DNA from: Nitrospirota bacterium
Lineage (GTDB): Bacteria; Nitrospirota; Nitrospiria; Nitrospirales; Nitrospiraceae
Assembly (NCBI GenBank): GCA_963701855.1
Contig: CAVPBK010000013.1
Coordinates: 41,574-105,573 of the forward strand
Direction of reading: 5' to 3'
DNA length: 64,000 bases
Both the position numbers and the translations under genes were made by a program. The notes under the pieces are model-generated. The model searched no databases, was not told where the DNA came from, and saw only the letters and a program-made list of their open reading frames with translations. Positions 9,274 to 20,000 of this stretch are shown here, piece by piece. The number at the start of each line of letters is the position of its first letter. Positions within the stretch are counted from its first letter, which is position 1.

Positions 9274-11256
9274 ATGGCCCGCCCGTTGATATCTCTGTTC
9301 TCATATCGCACGTATGCCCTTTCGGCACGGTGGTGCCTATCGCTGACACTTGTCTGGAGCATACTTTGGCCAGTCACTGGGTTCGAGTTCAATTCGCCCG
9401 TCTATGCGGAAACAGGGCCAGCCGGCCAGGCGAACAATCCCACGCTGAAGCAGGCGAAGCGCCTGCTCGACGCAGGTCAGGCTGAAGAGGCCATCACTAC
9501 GCTCCGTCGTTTTCTAGCCACCTCTCCGAAGCCTGATCTGCTGGACGACACCTATCTACTCCTCGGTGCCGCCTTACACAGCTCGAAGCAATATGGGGAC
9601 GCCTTAAAATACCTGCTGCAGCTGCAAACCGAGTTCCCCGATTCAGAAGTAACGGATCGAGGCAAGCTGATGCAGGCTCGAGTCCATGCGGCAATGGGCA
9701 ACCTCGATCTTGCCCTCCCGATCTTGAACGGGCTGCGCAATCTTTCAAAAGATGAAGGCACGAAACGCGAAGCCCTGCGGCTGAGCGGTGAGTTCTATGC
9801 GCAAAAAAAGGACGCGCCCCGTGCCATTCAGGCGTGGCTCGATGAAGTGGCCTTGGGAACCGAAGACCAGGCGGAAGACGTGCGGACCCGGATTCGCGAG
9901 CTGGCCAGCGAGACCTCCGACAAGAAAGCCCTCGAACAAATCCGGGACACCTTTCCACGCAACTTTCCCGGTGATCTCGCGTCCCTCCGGCTCATCGATC
10001 TCTACATCGGCCGTGGAGAGGACCACCAAGCCATCCGGCAGATCCAACAATTTCTCGTGAATTTCCCGACTCACCCGCAAGCAGCGAAAACCTCTGAACT
10101 CCTCGCTACACTCCAAGCCAAACAAAAATCCAACCAGTTTTTCATCGCCGGAGTCCTGCCACTTTCAGGAAAGCTCGCCCCCTATGCCGGTGAAGTCCTC
10201 AGCGGAATTCAGCTGGCCGTCGAAGCAACTAGAGACAAGGCAGGGAGCCCATCGATCGGTCTCATCGTCAAAGATTTGGAATCCGATTACGCCTCGTTTT
10301 TAGACGAGTTCTCCGAATTGCTGAATACCGATCGCCCCCTCGCCGTGATCGGTCCGCTCCTCTCAAAGAATCTGCCGGTCATGGCAGAACTCGCCGAGCG
10401 AGCCCACATCCCTCTGATCACGCCGACGGCAACCCTCCCCAACGTCAGACGACTCGGCAACTATGTGTTCAGCACGGCGCTCACCTATGAACTTCAAGCC
10501 AAACGAATCGCGGCCTATGCCATCAAAGAACAAGGCTTCCGCCGATTCTGCATCCTGCATCCTGACACCGCGTATGGCCGCGAGTTGGCCCGGCTCTTCG
10601 CCCACGAAGTTCGCCAACACGAGGGGGAAGTGATTGCCATCGAATCTTACAAAGAGGGCGAAGCCGATGTGAGTGCGCAACTCAAACGCATGAAAGTGGA
10701 GGATCTCAAGAAGTACGGCTTGTCCGTGCCGGCTGATCAAACGAAATTGACAGGGAAACTGACAAAACTGGACAAGAAAGTCTTCTATACGCCGGGCTTC
10801 GACGCCATCTTCATTCCAGGCCGCGCAGCCGACGCCGGCCTCATTACAGCCCAGCTCAATTTCCACGACATGAAAGTGCCTTTCCTCGGCGCGAATGGAT
10901 GGAACTCGCCCGACTTCGCCCGCACGGACGATTCGTCGAGCGACGGAGCCGTATTCGTCGACGGCTTCTTTGTAGACAGCCCCACTCCAACGGTGCAGGA
11001 TTTTGTCGCCCGGTACAAAAAACGATTTGAAACCAGCCCGACAGTCTTTGCGATGCAAGGCTACGATGCCGCAAAGTTGGTGCTCGATGCAGTTCGAAAA
11101 GGCGCCTCCTCCGGCGAAGCCGTCCGCGATCAACTGCTGACACAGCCGGACCTTTCCTCCCTTGCGGGACCGGCGGCGTTTGGACCGGACGGAACATTGA
11201 ACCGTCCGCTCTTTCTCATACAAATCAAACGAGGCCGATTCCTTCAGGTGAACTAA
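9274..11256 (+). CDS. TPR plus periplasmic-binding-fold protein (LppC/LpoA-like PBP activator)
   Basis: N-terminal TPRs; GVLPLSG, AVIGPLLS, YGRELARLF and GYDA motifs. Confidence 0.75.
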   Translation: MARPLISLFSYRTYALSARWCLSLTLVWSILWPVTGFEFNSPVYAETGPAGQANNPTLKQAKRLLDAGQAEEAITTLRRFLATSPKPDLLDDTYLLLGAALHSSKQYGDALKYLLQLQTEFPDSEVTDRGKLMQARVHAAMGNLDLALPILNGLRNLSKDEGTKREALRLSGEFYAQKKDAPRAIQAWLDEVALGTEDQAEDVRTRIRELASETSDKKALEQIRDTFPRNFPGDLASLRLIDLYIGRGEDHQAIRQIQQFLVNFPTHPQAAKTSELLATLQAKQKSNQFFIAGVLPLSGKLAPYAGEVLSGIQLAVEATRDKAGSPSIGLIVKDLESDYASFLDEFSELLNTDRPLAVIGPLLSKNLPVMAELAERAHIPLITPTATLPNVRRLGNYVFSTALTYELQAKRIAAYAIKEQGFRRFCILHPDTAYGRELARLFAHEVRQHEGEVIAIESYKEGEADVSAQLKRMKVEDLKKYGLSVPADQTKLTGKLTKLDKKVFYTPGFDAIFIPGRAADAGLITAQLNFHDMKVPFLGANGWNSPDFARTDDSSSDGAVFVDGFFVDSPTPTVQDFVARYKKRFETSPTVFAMQGYDAAKLVLDAVRKGASSGEAVRDQLLTQPDLSSLAGPAAFGPDGTLNRPLFLIQIKRGRFLQVN

Positions 11257-11269
11257 GAAAGCCAACCGT

Positions 11270-12013
11270 ATGAACTCTTTACCGCAGATCCTCCATACGA
11301 TTTCCTACATGGGGCTCCCGCTCCTGTTCGCGATGGTGTTGCACGAGTACGCACACGGCTGGGTTGCCTATCGGTGCGGCGATTCGACGGCCAAACTCCA
11401 GGGCCGGCTTACCATGAATCCGCTGGCGCACATCGATCCGTTCGGAACCGTCATCCTACCGCTGCTGTGCCTACTCATGCCGGGAGGATTTCTCCTCGGC
11501 TGGGCGAAGCCAGTCCCGATCGATCCACGCGCCATGCGCCAACCACGTCGCGACATGGCGCTCGTCGCGGCGGCTGGGCCGGTTATGAATCTCGCCCTGG
11601 CCATCGGCAGCGCTCTTCTCTTCGCACTCCTCTTATCGATCGATTCCTCGATTGGAAGCTACTGGTCCAAATCGGAAGAGGCCCCGCCTCCGGATACGTG
11701 GCACCAACTGTTCCTCTTGCCGATCGCCGTGATGTCGGTCTACTCCGTCTTGATTAACGTGCTCTTGATGCTGTTCAATCTGCTGCCGCTTCCCCCATTG
11801 GACGGTGGGAGAATTCTCACAAGTCTTCTCCCTCACAACGCGGCGATTGCGCTCTCCCGCGTAGAACCCTATGGCATGTTCATCTTGATGGGGCTGATTA
11901 TCCTCGATCCGCAGATTCACCTGATCCATACCATCACCAGCACCTTTACCCACAGCCTCTCCAATACGATTCTCTCCACCGCCATCGGTCTCGGAGCGGG
12001 AAACACACCATGA
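11270..12013 (+). CDS. Site-2 protease, peptidase M50 family
   Basis: HEYAH, AGPVMN and FNLLPLPPLDGG motifs. Confidence 0.93.
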   Translation: MNSLPQILHTISYMGLPLLFAMVLHEYAHGWVAYRCGDSTAKLQGRLTMNPLAHIDPFGTVILPLLCLLMPGGFLLGWAKPVPIDPRAMRQPRRDMALVAAAGPVMNLALAIGSALLFALLLSIDSSIGSYWSKSEEAPPPDTWHQLFLLPIAVMSVYSVLINVLLMLFNLLPLPPLDGGRILTSLLPHNAAIALSRVEPYGMFILMGLIILDPQIHLIHTITSTFTHSLSNTILSTAIGLGAGNTP

Positions 12014-12999
12014 CCACACCCAGGAAACGAGTCCTCAGCGGCATGCAGCCGAGCGGGCTGCTGCATCTCGGCAATTACCTCGGCGCCTTGGAGAATTGGA
12101 AAGGCCTTCAGAACGAGTTCGAGTGCTATTTCTTTGTCGCCGACTGGCACGCGCTCTCGACAAATTATGCCGACACCAGTCGCATCCGAGAGTTCGTCCA
12201 CGAGTTGTTGATCGACTGGCTGGCTGCCGGCATCGATCCTGCGAAAGCCACGGTGTTCGTGCAATCGCGTATCCCGGAACATGCCGTCCTGCATCTCTTA
12301 CTCTCCATGATCATTCCTGTCGCCTGGCTGGAACGGAATCCGACTTATAAGGAAAAACAGGAAGAGATAAAGGAGCGTGATCTGAGCACGTACGGATTTC
12401 TCGGCTATCCAGTCCTCCAAGCCGCAGATATCCTCATCTACAAACCGGATTTCGTACCGGTAGGCAAAGACCAGCTGCCGCACCTTGAGCTCACCAGAGA
12501 ACTCGCCCGCCGGTTCAATAGCCTGTACAGGCCGGTATTCCCTGAGCCGTTGGAGCAGCTCACGAAGTTTCCGAAAGTGCTCGGCACGGATGGCCGGAAG
12601 ATGAGTAAAAGCTACGGCAACACGATCAACCTCTCAGACCCCGAGCCGGTCGTGCGCCAGAAACTCAAGACGATGGTCACCGATCCAGCCCGAGTCCGAC
12701 GCCACGATCCCGGGAACCCGGACCTCTGCCCGGTGTACGATTTTCACAAAATCTTTTCATTGCCGCCGATTCAGGAGCAGATTAATACCGAATGTCGAAC
12801 CGCCGCCATCGGCTGTATTGACTGCAAGAAACTTGTCGCCGATCGAGTGGTCGAACGCATGACACCGATGTGGGATGCTCGTGCGCGCCTAAGTCAAGAT
12901 TCCGCATACCTGAACGACATCGTAGCAGAGGGCAGCCGTCGGGCCGGCGAGGTCGCCAAAGCGACGCTCCATGACGTGAACGAGGCGATGAACATTTAA
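12010..12999 (+). CDS. trpS: Tryptophan--tRNA ligase
   Basis: SGMQPSGLLHLGNY, YPVLQAADIL, VPVGKDQ and KMSKS motifs. Confidence 0.97.
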   Translation: MTTPRKRVLSGMQPSGLLHLGNYLGALENWKGLQNEFECYFFVADWHALSTNYADTSRIREFVHELLIDWLAAGIDPAKATVFVQSRIPEHAVLHLLLSMIIPVAWLERNPTYKEKQEEIKERDLSTYGFLGYPVLQAADILIYKPDFVPVGKDQLPHLELTRELARRFNSLYRPVFPEPLEQLTKFPKVLGTDGRKMSKSYGNTINLSDPEPVVRQKLKTMVTDPARVRRHDPGNPDLCPVYDFHKIFSLPPIQEQINTECRTAAIGCIDCKKLVADRVVERMTPMWDARARLSQDSAYLNDIVAEGSRRAGEVAKATLHDVNEAMNI

Positions 13000-13401
13000 A
13001 TGAGGAAGAAGATAAGGAGTTGCAAGGTTTGGCAAGGAGGACTCTCGGGCTGCGGAACCTGGATGCACTCCGACAAACAGTCTGTCACCATTTTCACCAA
13101 CCCGCCGGAAAGCACGGTCGTCATTGACGACTACCTGCACCTCACCGCGCCAGGCACAGTCACCCTCAGCCGCAAAGGCAACCACCTCGCCCAGGCGAAC
13201 AAATACGGCTATGAATAGGCATCGCTCAAGATCGACCGGAACTGGTCCTGGTGGGTCGTCGGAGATATTTTGGACTGCCTCATTATTTTTTCACCGCTCT
13301 GCATCATGCACGACATCGACAAAGGCGGCTACTATACGTTCGACGACAAGATCTATCTGACGCTCGATTGCCGGACGACTGAACCTCTTCCCCTCAAATG
13401 A
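13000..13401 (+). pseudogene. PEGA-like lipoprotein remnant with an internal TAG
   Basis: LSGCGT..VTIFTNPPESTVVIDD..TVTLSRKGNH..GYE, TAG at 13216-13218, then the same frame stays open (ASLKIDRNWSWWVVGDILDC..) to TGA at 13401; no hydrophobic signal before the lipobox. Confidence 0.6.
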
Positions 13402-13443
13402 ATACCGTTGACGGTTGGGCTGGGCGTGGGATAGACTGACCCC

Positions 13444-13815
13444 ATGCAAATACATACTCATCGATCTCTTTCAGTGCTGGCAGGCACACTCGTCGTGCTC
13501 TTTTTCGCATTGAGCTTCAATGCCTATGCTTGCCTCCTCCCGGTAAATGGTGTCACGTCTTCTGCAATGGACAATGGATGTTCGACTCCGGATGAACAAC
13601 CAACCTCTCAGTACTGCGATGCGTTTAAAACGCTCGGCGTCCAAGCTGCAGATAAGCTTCCCCTCAACAGTGACTATCAAGCCCTCTGTCCAGAAGACAC
13701 TGCCTCGCTAGCGCTTCTTGTCATCCTCACTTCACACAGCAGCCGCTTGTCCGATCATCCCGCGGTTAGTCCTCATCAGGATCTCCTGCTCAAGATTTCC
13801 GTGCTTCGCATCTGA
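13444..13815 (+). CDS. Small secreted Cys-containing protein at the head of the cus operon
   Basis: Signal peptide (..NAYA|C), four Cys, C-terminal ISVLRI; preceded by TTGACG-18-TAGACT. Confidence 0.7.
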   Translation: MQIHTHRSLSVLAGTLVVLFFALSFNAYACLLPVNGVTSSAMDNGCSTPDEQPTSQYCDAFKTLGVQAADKLPLNSDYQALCPEDTASLALLVILTSHSSRLSDHPAVSPHQDLLLKISVLRI

Positions 13816-13974
13816 TCTTTCTCCTTCCATATCTTGCAATCGCTCCTGTGCCATCACGTGTGCCGTTCGACGCTTAGTTTCAGCGTCCGGGTTCCCTTCT
13901 AATTCTCTGGGGCAACATATAGCCAGAGCGCAGACGGGTCGTCGAACGTGTAAGAACTTCGGGAGGTCATCTCT

Positions 13975-15264
13975 ATGAAACGGAATAGACGACGTCAATG
14001 TCTAACGGTCGTGTACGTGTTGGTGATGTTCTTCAGCAGCGGACCGTTGTGGGCGCAAGATGACGACTCCGTAGTGCGCAACAGGCTGGTGCTGCCGGAA
14101 TTGATCCAAGAGGTCCTAGCTCGGAATCCCGAGCTTGTGGCGGCACGCAAGCAATGGGAAGCCGTCACGAATCGGATTACGCCGGCACGGTCATTAGATG
14201 ACCCAATCCTGTCCCTCCAGTTGTGGAATTTCCCCCAGAGCTTCAATGTCACGCAGACGCAGAACAATATTTTCGGTCTCGCGCAGAATCTCCCCTTTCC
14301 CGGCAAACTCGCGCTCAAAGGCAACGTGGCGAGTCGTTCGGCTGATATGACCGAGCAGGCGGTCCGTGCGAAGGAACGGGAGTTGGTCGCTCGCATGAAG
14401 CAGGCCTACTACGATTTGTTTCTCGCGCAGAAGGCACTCCAGATTCATCATGAACAGGTGGAGCTGTTCAAACAATTTGTGGAGATTGCGAACGCAAAGT
14501 TCCGTGCGGGCAAGGGAAGCCAGGCCGATGTCTTCAAGGCTCAAGTCGAGTTGTCCCTGCTGTTCCAACATCTTCCCGTCCTGGACCAGCGTCGAGAAAC
14601 CGCCGAAGCGATGCTGAATACGCTGCTTGATCGAGATCCCGCATTCCGCTTGGGCCTTGCGCAAGAACCCTCTCAACTCCCACTCGAGACGCCCATGAAC
14701 GATCTGCATCAGTTCGCGTTAAACGACAGACCGGAACTCAAATCCGCCGAACTCGCAGTGCAGCGGAACGAGCAATCCCACGCGCTGGCCCAGCGTCAGT
14801 ACTATCCGGACTTCAACGTGGCGTTTCAGCGCTTTCAAAACTATCAGGCCAACGACGGATTCGGCGCCTATGTGGCGATGAGTATTCCGTTCGCGTTTTG
14901 GACCAAGCCGAAGTATGACGCGGGCGTGCAGGAGGCCGCGGCGGCGGTAGCGGTCGCGCGGGCGGAGCAACATACCTTAGAAAACCTGACCCGGTTTCAG
15001 ATCAACGATCTCCTGGCCAAGCTCCGGGCGACTGACCAGACGGCCACGTTGTACCGCACCACCATCCTGCCACAGGCCGAGCAGAGCGTGGACGCGGCGC
15101 GGGTCGGGTATCGTGCGGGCAAAGCAGGGTTTCTGGAGCTGATTGACGCGCAGAAGGCCTGGCGAGGATTTCAGCTTGAGTATTTCCAGGCGCTCGTGGA
15201 CCGCCAGCATCGACTGGCTGAACTCGAGCAAGTCGTCGGCATCACGCTTGATCGGCACAGCTAA
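13975..15264 (+). CDS. TolC/CusC-type outer-membrane efflux protein
   Basis: ARNPEL, QNLPFPGK, YRAGKAGFLELIDAQ; first gene of the RND triplet. Confidence 0.9.
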   Translation: MKRNRRRQCLTVVYVLVMFFSSGPLWAQDDDSVVRNRLVLPELIQEVLARNPELVAARKQWEAVTNRITPARSLDDPILSLQLWNFPQSFNVTQTQNNIFGLAQNLPFPGKLALKGNVASRSADMTEQAVRAKERELVARMKQAYYDLFLAQKALQIHHEQVELFKQFVEIANAKFRAGKGSQADVFKAQVELSLLFQHLPVLDQRRETAEAMLNTLLDRDPAFRLGLAQEPSQLPLETPMNDLHQFALNDRPELKSAELAVQRNEQSHALAQRQYYPDFNVAFQRFQNYQANDGFGAYVAMSIPFAFWTKPKYDAGVQEAAAAVAVARAEQHTLENLTRFQINDLLAKLRATDQTATLYRTTILPQAEQSVDAARVGYRAGKAGFLELIDAQKAWRGFQLEYFQALVDRQHRLAELEQVVGITLDRHS

Positions 15265-15286
15265 CGCAATCAATAAGGAGGAGCAC

Positions 15287-17044
15287 ATGAATCAGCAGAC
15301 ATACAGAAAAAGTTTCGTGGTTGGCGCTGTGGCGATCGGTTTGATCGCCGGAGTCACCGTCGGCTTCTTCGCTGCTCACAGAACGATGGCTGACATAGTT
15401 GGCATGATCATCGGAACAGGAGTCGTCTCGGCGGCCCCAGAGCGGACGGGTGATATCGGTGACATGAAACAGATGGAGATGAAGGGCGGAACCATGCAGG
15501 GCATGCCAGGCATGTCTGCTGCACCGTCCGGGGCTGTGGTGGTTCCGGCTGTGATGAGACAGTTGATCGGGGTCCGAAGCGCGCCGGCCAGCATCGTGCT
15601 ATTAGGGCAAGAGATTCGCGCGGTCGGCACGGTCGGCTACGACGAACGCGGCTTTACTCAGGTCACAGTGAAAACCTCCGGGTGGGTGCGAGAGGTCTTT
15701 GTGAATTCGATCGGTCGCCCCGTACGCAAAGGCGACCCCCTCTTCACCCTCTACTCACCGGACCTTCTGGCCACGCAAGACGAATATCTCCTCGCCGTGA
15801 AAACGCAGGGTCAACTGGCTGCCAGTCCGCTCGCTGAAGTCAAAGCGAACGCGGTTTCCCTCGTGGGCAGTGCGCGGGAACGCCTGCGATTGTGGGACGT
15901 GACCGATGCACAAATGGCCGCGCTGGAACGTCGAGGTAAAGCGGAGCCGGTGCTCACGGTCTTTGCCCCATCCTCCGGGATCGTCCTGAAGCGAGAGGCC
16001 GTGCCTGGAAAATATGTGGAGCCGGGCACGACACTGTACGAGGTGGCGGATCTCTCCACGGTCTGGATCTCTGCCGACATTTATGAGTCCGAGGTCGCGG
16101 CGGTGACACTCAACCAGCCAGCTTTAGTCACCTTCGCCGCGTATCCGGGAGAAACGTTTGAAGGCACGGTTTCGTACATTTATACCACCCTGAATACCGA
16201 AGCCCGCACGGTGCGGGTGCGGTTGGACATGCCAAATCCTGGGCTGAGACTGAAGCCGGGCATGTTCGGCACCGTCACCTTGCAAACCGATGCGGCGAGG
16301 GCGTTGGTTGTGCCCAAGGAAGCCGTGCTGGACACCGGACTTCGGCAACTCGTGTTCATCGATCGTGGCGAAGGAGCTTACGCGCCGTATCCAGTCAAGC
16401 TTGGCCGCAGGAGCCAGGATCACGTGGAAGTGCTGGAAGGACTCAAAGAAGGAGATCGCATCGTGACCTCGGCCAATTTCCTGTTGGACGCAGAGAGTAA
16501 GTTGGCTTCAGCGTCGAGCATGCAGGCCATGATGGGCAGGATCGGCATGGGCGATTGGCAGATGCGCGGTGCGCACGAGGGCAAGATGCAAGGCATGGAC
16601 ATGGGCGATATGCAAGGCATGAAGGGGATGCCGATGGGGGATATGAAGGGAATGGAAGGGATGAAGGGGATGGAGAACATGCCTGGCATGGGGATGGGAG
16701 GCAAGAAGGAGGGAGCTGAGACTCGCCAGATTAACGGCCTTAGCCTCGCTCTCACGACGGTGCCGGAACAGCCCAAGGCAGGTAATGTGCTGCTCAAGCT
16801 CACGCTCACAGATCAGGCCGGCAAGCCAGTGACCAATGCGCAAGTCGTGTTCGTCTATACGATGCCGATGCCGGGCATGACCGATTCCAAGGTGACGGCT
16901 CGCCATACCAAGAATGGGCTCTACGAAGGTACGGTGCTCTTCGGTATGGGCGGCACGTGGGTGGTGACGGCCAATGTGACGGTACCAGGACAGCCGCCCC
17001 TTGCCGAAAAGTATCAGTTCGCGGTCGGCGGGGGAGGCATGTAA
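15287..17044 (+). CDS. cusB: CusB-type periplasmic adaptor with Met-rich segments and a C-terminal YtkA/FixH-like domain
   Basis: Starts after AAGGAGGAG; LYSPDLLATQDEY, ADLSTVW, LKPGMF, ANFLLDAES; MGDMQGM repeats; YTMPMPGM..GLYEG..MGGTW tail. Confidence 0.88.
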   Translation: MNQQTYRKSFVVGAVAIGLIAGVTVGFFAAHRTMADIVGMIIGTGVVSAAPERTGDIGDMKQMEMKGGTMQGMPGMSAAPSGAVVVPAVMRQLIGVRSAPASIVLLGQEIRAVGTVGYDERGFTQVTVKTSGWVREVFVNSIGRPVRKGDPLFTLYSPDLLATQDEYLLAVKTQGQLAASPLAEVKANAVSLVGSARERLRLWDVTDAQMAALERRGKAEPVLTVFAPSSGIVLKREAVPGKYVEPGTTLYEVADLSTVWISADIYESEVAAVTLNQPALVTFAAYPGETFEGTVSYIYTTLNTEARTVRVRLDMPNPGLRLKPGMFGTVTLQTDAARALVVPKEAVLDTGLRQLVFIDRGEGAYAPYPVKLGRRSQDHVEVLEGLKEGDRIVTSANFLLDAESKLASASSMQAMMGRIGMGDWQMRGAHEGKMQGMDMGDMQGMKGMPMGDMKGMEGMKGMENMPGMGMGGKKEGAETRQINGLSLALTTVPEQPKAGNVLLKLTLTDQAGKPVTNAQVVFVYTMPMPGMTDSKVTARHTKNGLYEGTVLFGMGGTWVVTANVTVPGQPPLAEKYQFAVGGGGM

Positions 17045-17050
17045 GACGTC

Positions 17051-20000
17051 ATGATCGCGCGACTCATTGAAGGAAGTGCCCGCAATCCGGTTCTGGTCAT
17101 CCTTTTTGTCTTGCTGTTGGCAAGCTGGGGCCTGTGGGCGGGATTTCAGGTTCCGCTGGATGCGATTCCTGATCTGTCCGATGTCCAAGTGATCGTCTAC
17201 ACCGAGTGGCAGGGGCGCAGCCCCACGTTGATTGAGGACCAGGTCACCTATCCAATCGTCGCCTCCCTGCTGGCCGGTCCGAAAGTCAAACGGGTGCGTG
17301 GCGTCTCGGAGTACGGGGTCTCGTACGTCTATGTGATCTTCGAAGACCGGACGGACTTGTACTGGGCACGCAGTCGTGTGCTGGAGTACATGCAAAAGTT
17401 GACCGGGAAGCTGCCCTCCGGTGTCGCACCGACGCTAGGTCCTGACGCGACCGGGGTCGGGTGGGTGTATCAGTATGCACTGGTTGATGAGTCTGGCGCA
17501 CACGACTTGGCGCAGCTCCGCAGTCTGCAAGATTGGTATTTGCGCTACCAACTGGAAAGTGTGCCAGGCGTCGCAGAAGTGGCGGTGGTCGGCGGGTTCG
17601 TCAAACAGTATCAAATTGAAGTGGACCCGAACACATTGGCCACCTACCGGTTACCGATCAAGACGATCATCGAAGCGGTCCGGAACAGCAATGCGGAGGT
17701 GAGCGGCCGCGTCTTAGAAATGGCCGGCACGGAATACGTGATTCGAGGGAGAGGCTACCTGCGATCTGTTGATGATATTGAGCTGATCCCAGTCGGGACG
17801 GATGGACGCGGCACGCCCATCTTGATCCGGGACATCGCCCATGTCCACATCGGACCGGACCAGCGTCGGGGCGTGGCCGAATTGGACGGCAAGGGCCAGA
17901 CGGTCGGCGGCATCGTGATCATGCGGGCCGGAGAAAACGCGCTTGCCGTGATCGAGCGGATCAAAGCCAAGCTGGCAGAAATTACGCCGGCCCTACCGAC
18001 AGGCGTCCACATCGCTCCCACCTACGATCGGTCTGATCTCATTCATCGAGCCATTGCCGTACTCCGCGAGAAGCTCGTAGAGGAAAGTATCATTGTCAGC
18101 CTGGTCGCAGTGGTTTTTCTGTTCCATCTGCGTAGCGCCCTGGTGGCGATTCTCATCCTGCCCGTGGCCGTGCTGCTGGCCTTCATCCCGATGGCGTACT
18201 TGCATATTACGTCCAGCATCATGTCGCTCGGTGGCATCGCCATTGCCATCGGCGCGATGGTGGACGCGGCCATCGTCATGGTAGAGAACGCCCATAAGCG
18301 GTTGGAGCAATCTCCGCATGCGGACCGGATCGAAACCATCATCGCGGCAGCCAAAGAAGTCGGCCGTCCCCTGTTCTTTTCATTGTTGGTGATTGCCGTA
18401 TCGTTCCTGCCAATCTTTGCACTGGAAGCCCAAGAAGGACGATTGTTCACACCCCTGGCCTACACCAAGACCTTTGCAATGCTCTTTGCTACAGCACTTT
18501 CAGTGACCTTGGCTCCAGTGCTGATGGTCCTCCTCATCCGAGGGCGTATCCGAGCGGAGGCCAAGAATCCGTTGAATTGGCTGTTGGTCGCGTTGTATCG
18601 GCCCATCCTTTCCGGCGCGCTACGCGCCCGGTGGATGACACTCGGACTGGCTGTGGTGGTCGTGGGATTCACGGCGCCGATCTTTTCCCGCCTCGGCGCG
18701 GAATTCATGCCGCCGCTGAATGAGGGAACCATCCTCTACATGCCGACTACCGTCCCTGGTCTCTCGATTCCTGAATCGGCCAAGGTGTTGCAGGTCCAGG
18801 ATCACTTGCTCACGACCCTCCCTGAAGTGGAGCGAGTGTTCGGCAAGATGGGAAAGGCCTCGACGGCCACCGATCCGGCCTTTGTCGGAATGGGCGAGAT
18901 CACGGTCACCCTCAAACCGGAAGCGCAATGGCGTCCCGGCATGACCTGGGACCGTTTGCTGGATGAAATGGATGCGAAGCTACGCATTCCCGGCTTTCCA
19001 AACATCTGGTGGATGCCGATTCAGACTCGCACCGAGATGATCACGACTGGTGTGCGCAGCCCGGTCGGCATCAAAGTCCTGGGGCCGGATCTGAAGACCA
19101 TTGAGAAAATCGGCTTGGAGATCGAGCACGTCTTGACAAACGTGCCAGGCACGAAAAGCGCGTTTGCTGAACGGCTCAACGAAGGCTATTACCTGGATCT
19201 AACCGTGAACCGGCGTGAGGCGGCCCGCTATGGACTGACGGTGGGAGATGTGCAAGGGGTGATCACCTCAGCCATCGGGGGAGAAACTGTGACAACCACG
19301 GTCGAGGGGCGCGAGCGATATCCGGTCAATGTCCGCTATAAGCGCGAACTGCGCGATGATCCCGATCGGCTCAAACGGGTGTTGATCCCCACGCCGAGCG
19401 GCTCACAGATTCCACTCGGACAAATCGCAGAGATGGTCATTACGCAGGGGCCTCCGTCGATCACGGATGAGGCAGGAGCGCTGGCAGGTCTGGTTTCGGT
19501 CGCGGTCAGCGGCCGCGATCTCCGCGGCTACGTCGAAGACGCCCAACGAGCCGTCCGAGCCCGAGTAACGTTACCTCCTGGCTACCGGCTGGTCTGGGCT
19601 GGCCAATACGAGCATCTGGTGCGGGCCGAAGAGCGGTTAAAGCTGGTCGTCCCTGTCACCATTGGGATCATCCTCTTGCTGCTTTATCTCAATTTCGGTT
19701 CACTGTCAAAATCCCTCATCGTGCTCTTATCCGTCCCCTTCGCCACGATCGGGGCCATCTGGTATCTCGACTATCTGGGCTACAACTTGAGCGTGGCGGT
19801 CTGGGTCGGGATCATCGCTCTGGCCGGCGTGGCAGCGGAGACAGGCGTGGTGATGCTGGTCTATCTCGACGAGGCCTATGAGCGGCGAGTACGCGAAGGC
19901 CGCATGGCAACAGCACAGGACCTGCTCGAAGCCATTATGGAAGGCGCGGTTCAGCGGGTGCGGCCCAAGATGATGACGGTCGCCGCGATTATGGGCGGGT

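Noticed and set aside
13216..13218. Pyrrolysine or programmed read-through at the TAG
   Set aside because: No pyl genes in the window, and the gene also lacks its signal peptide, so decay is the simpler explanation.
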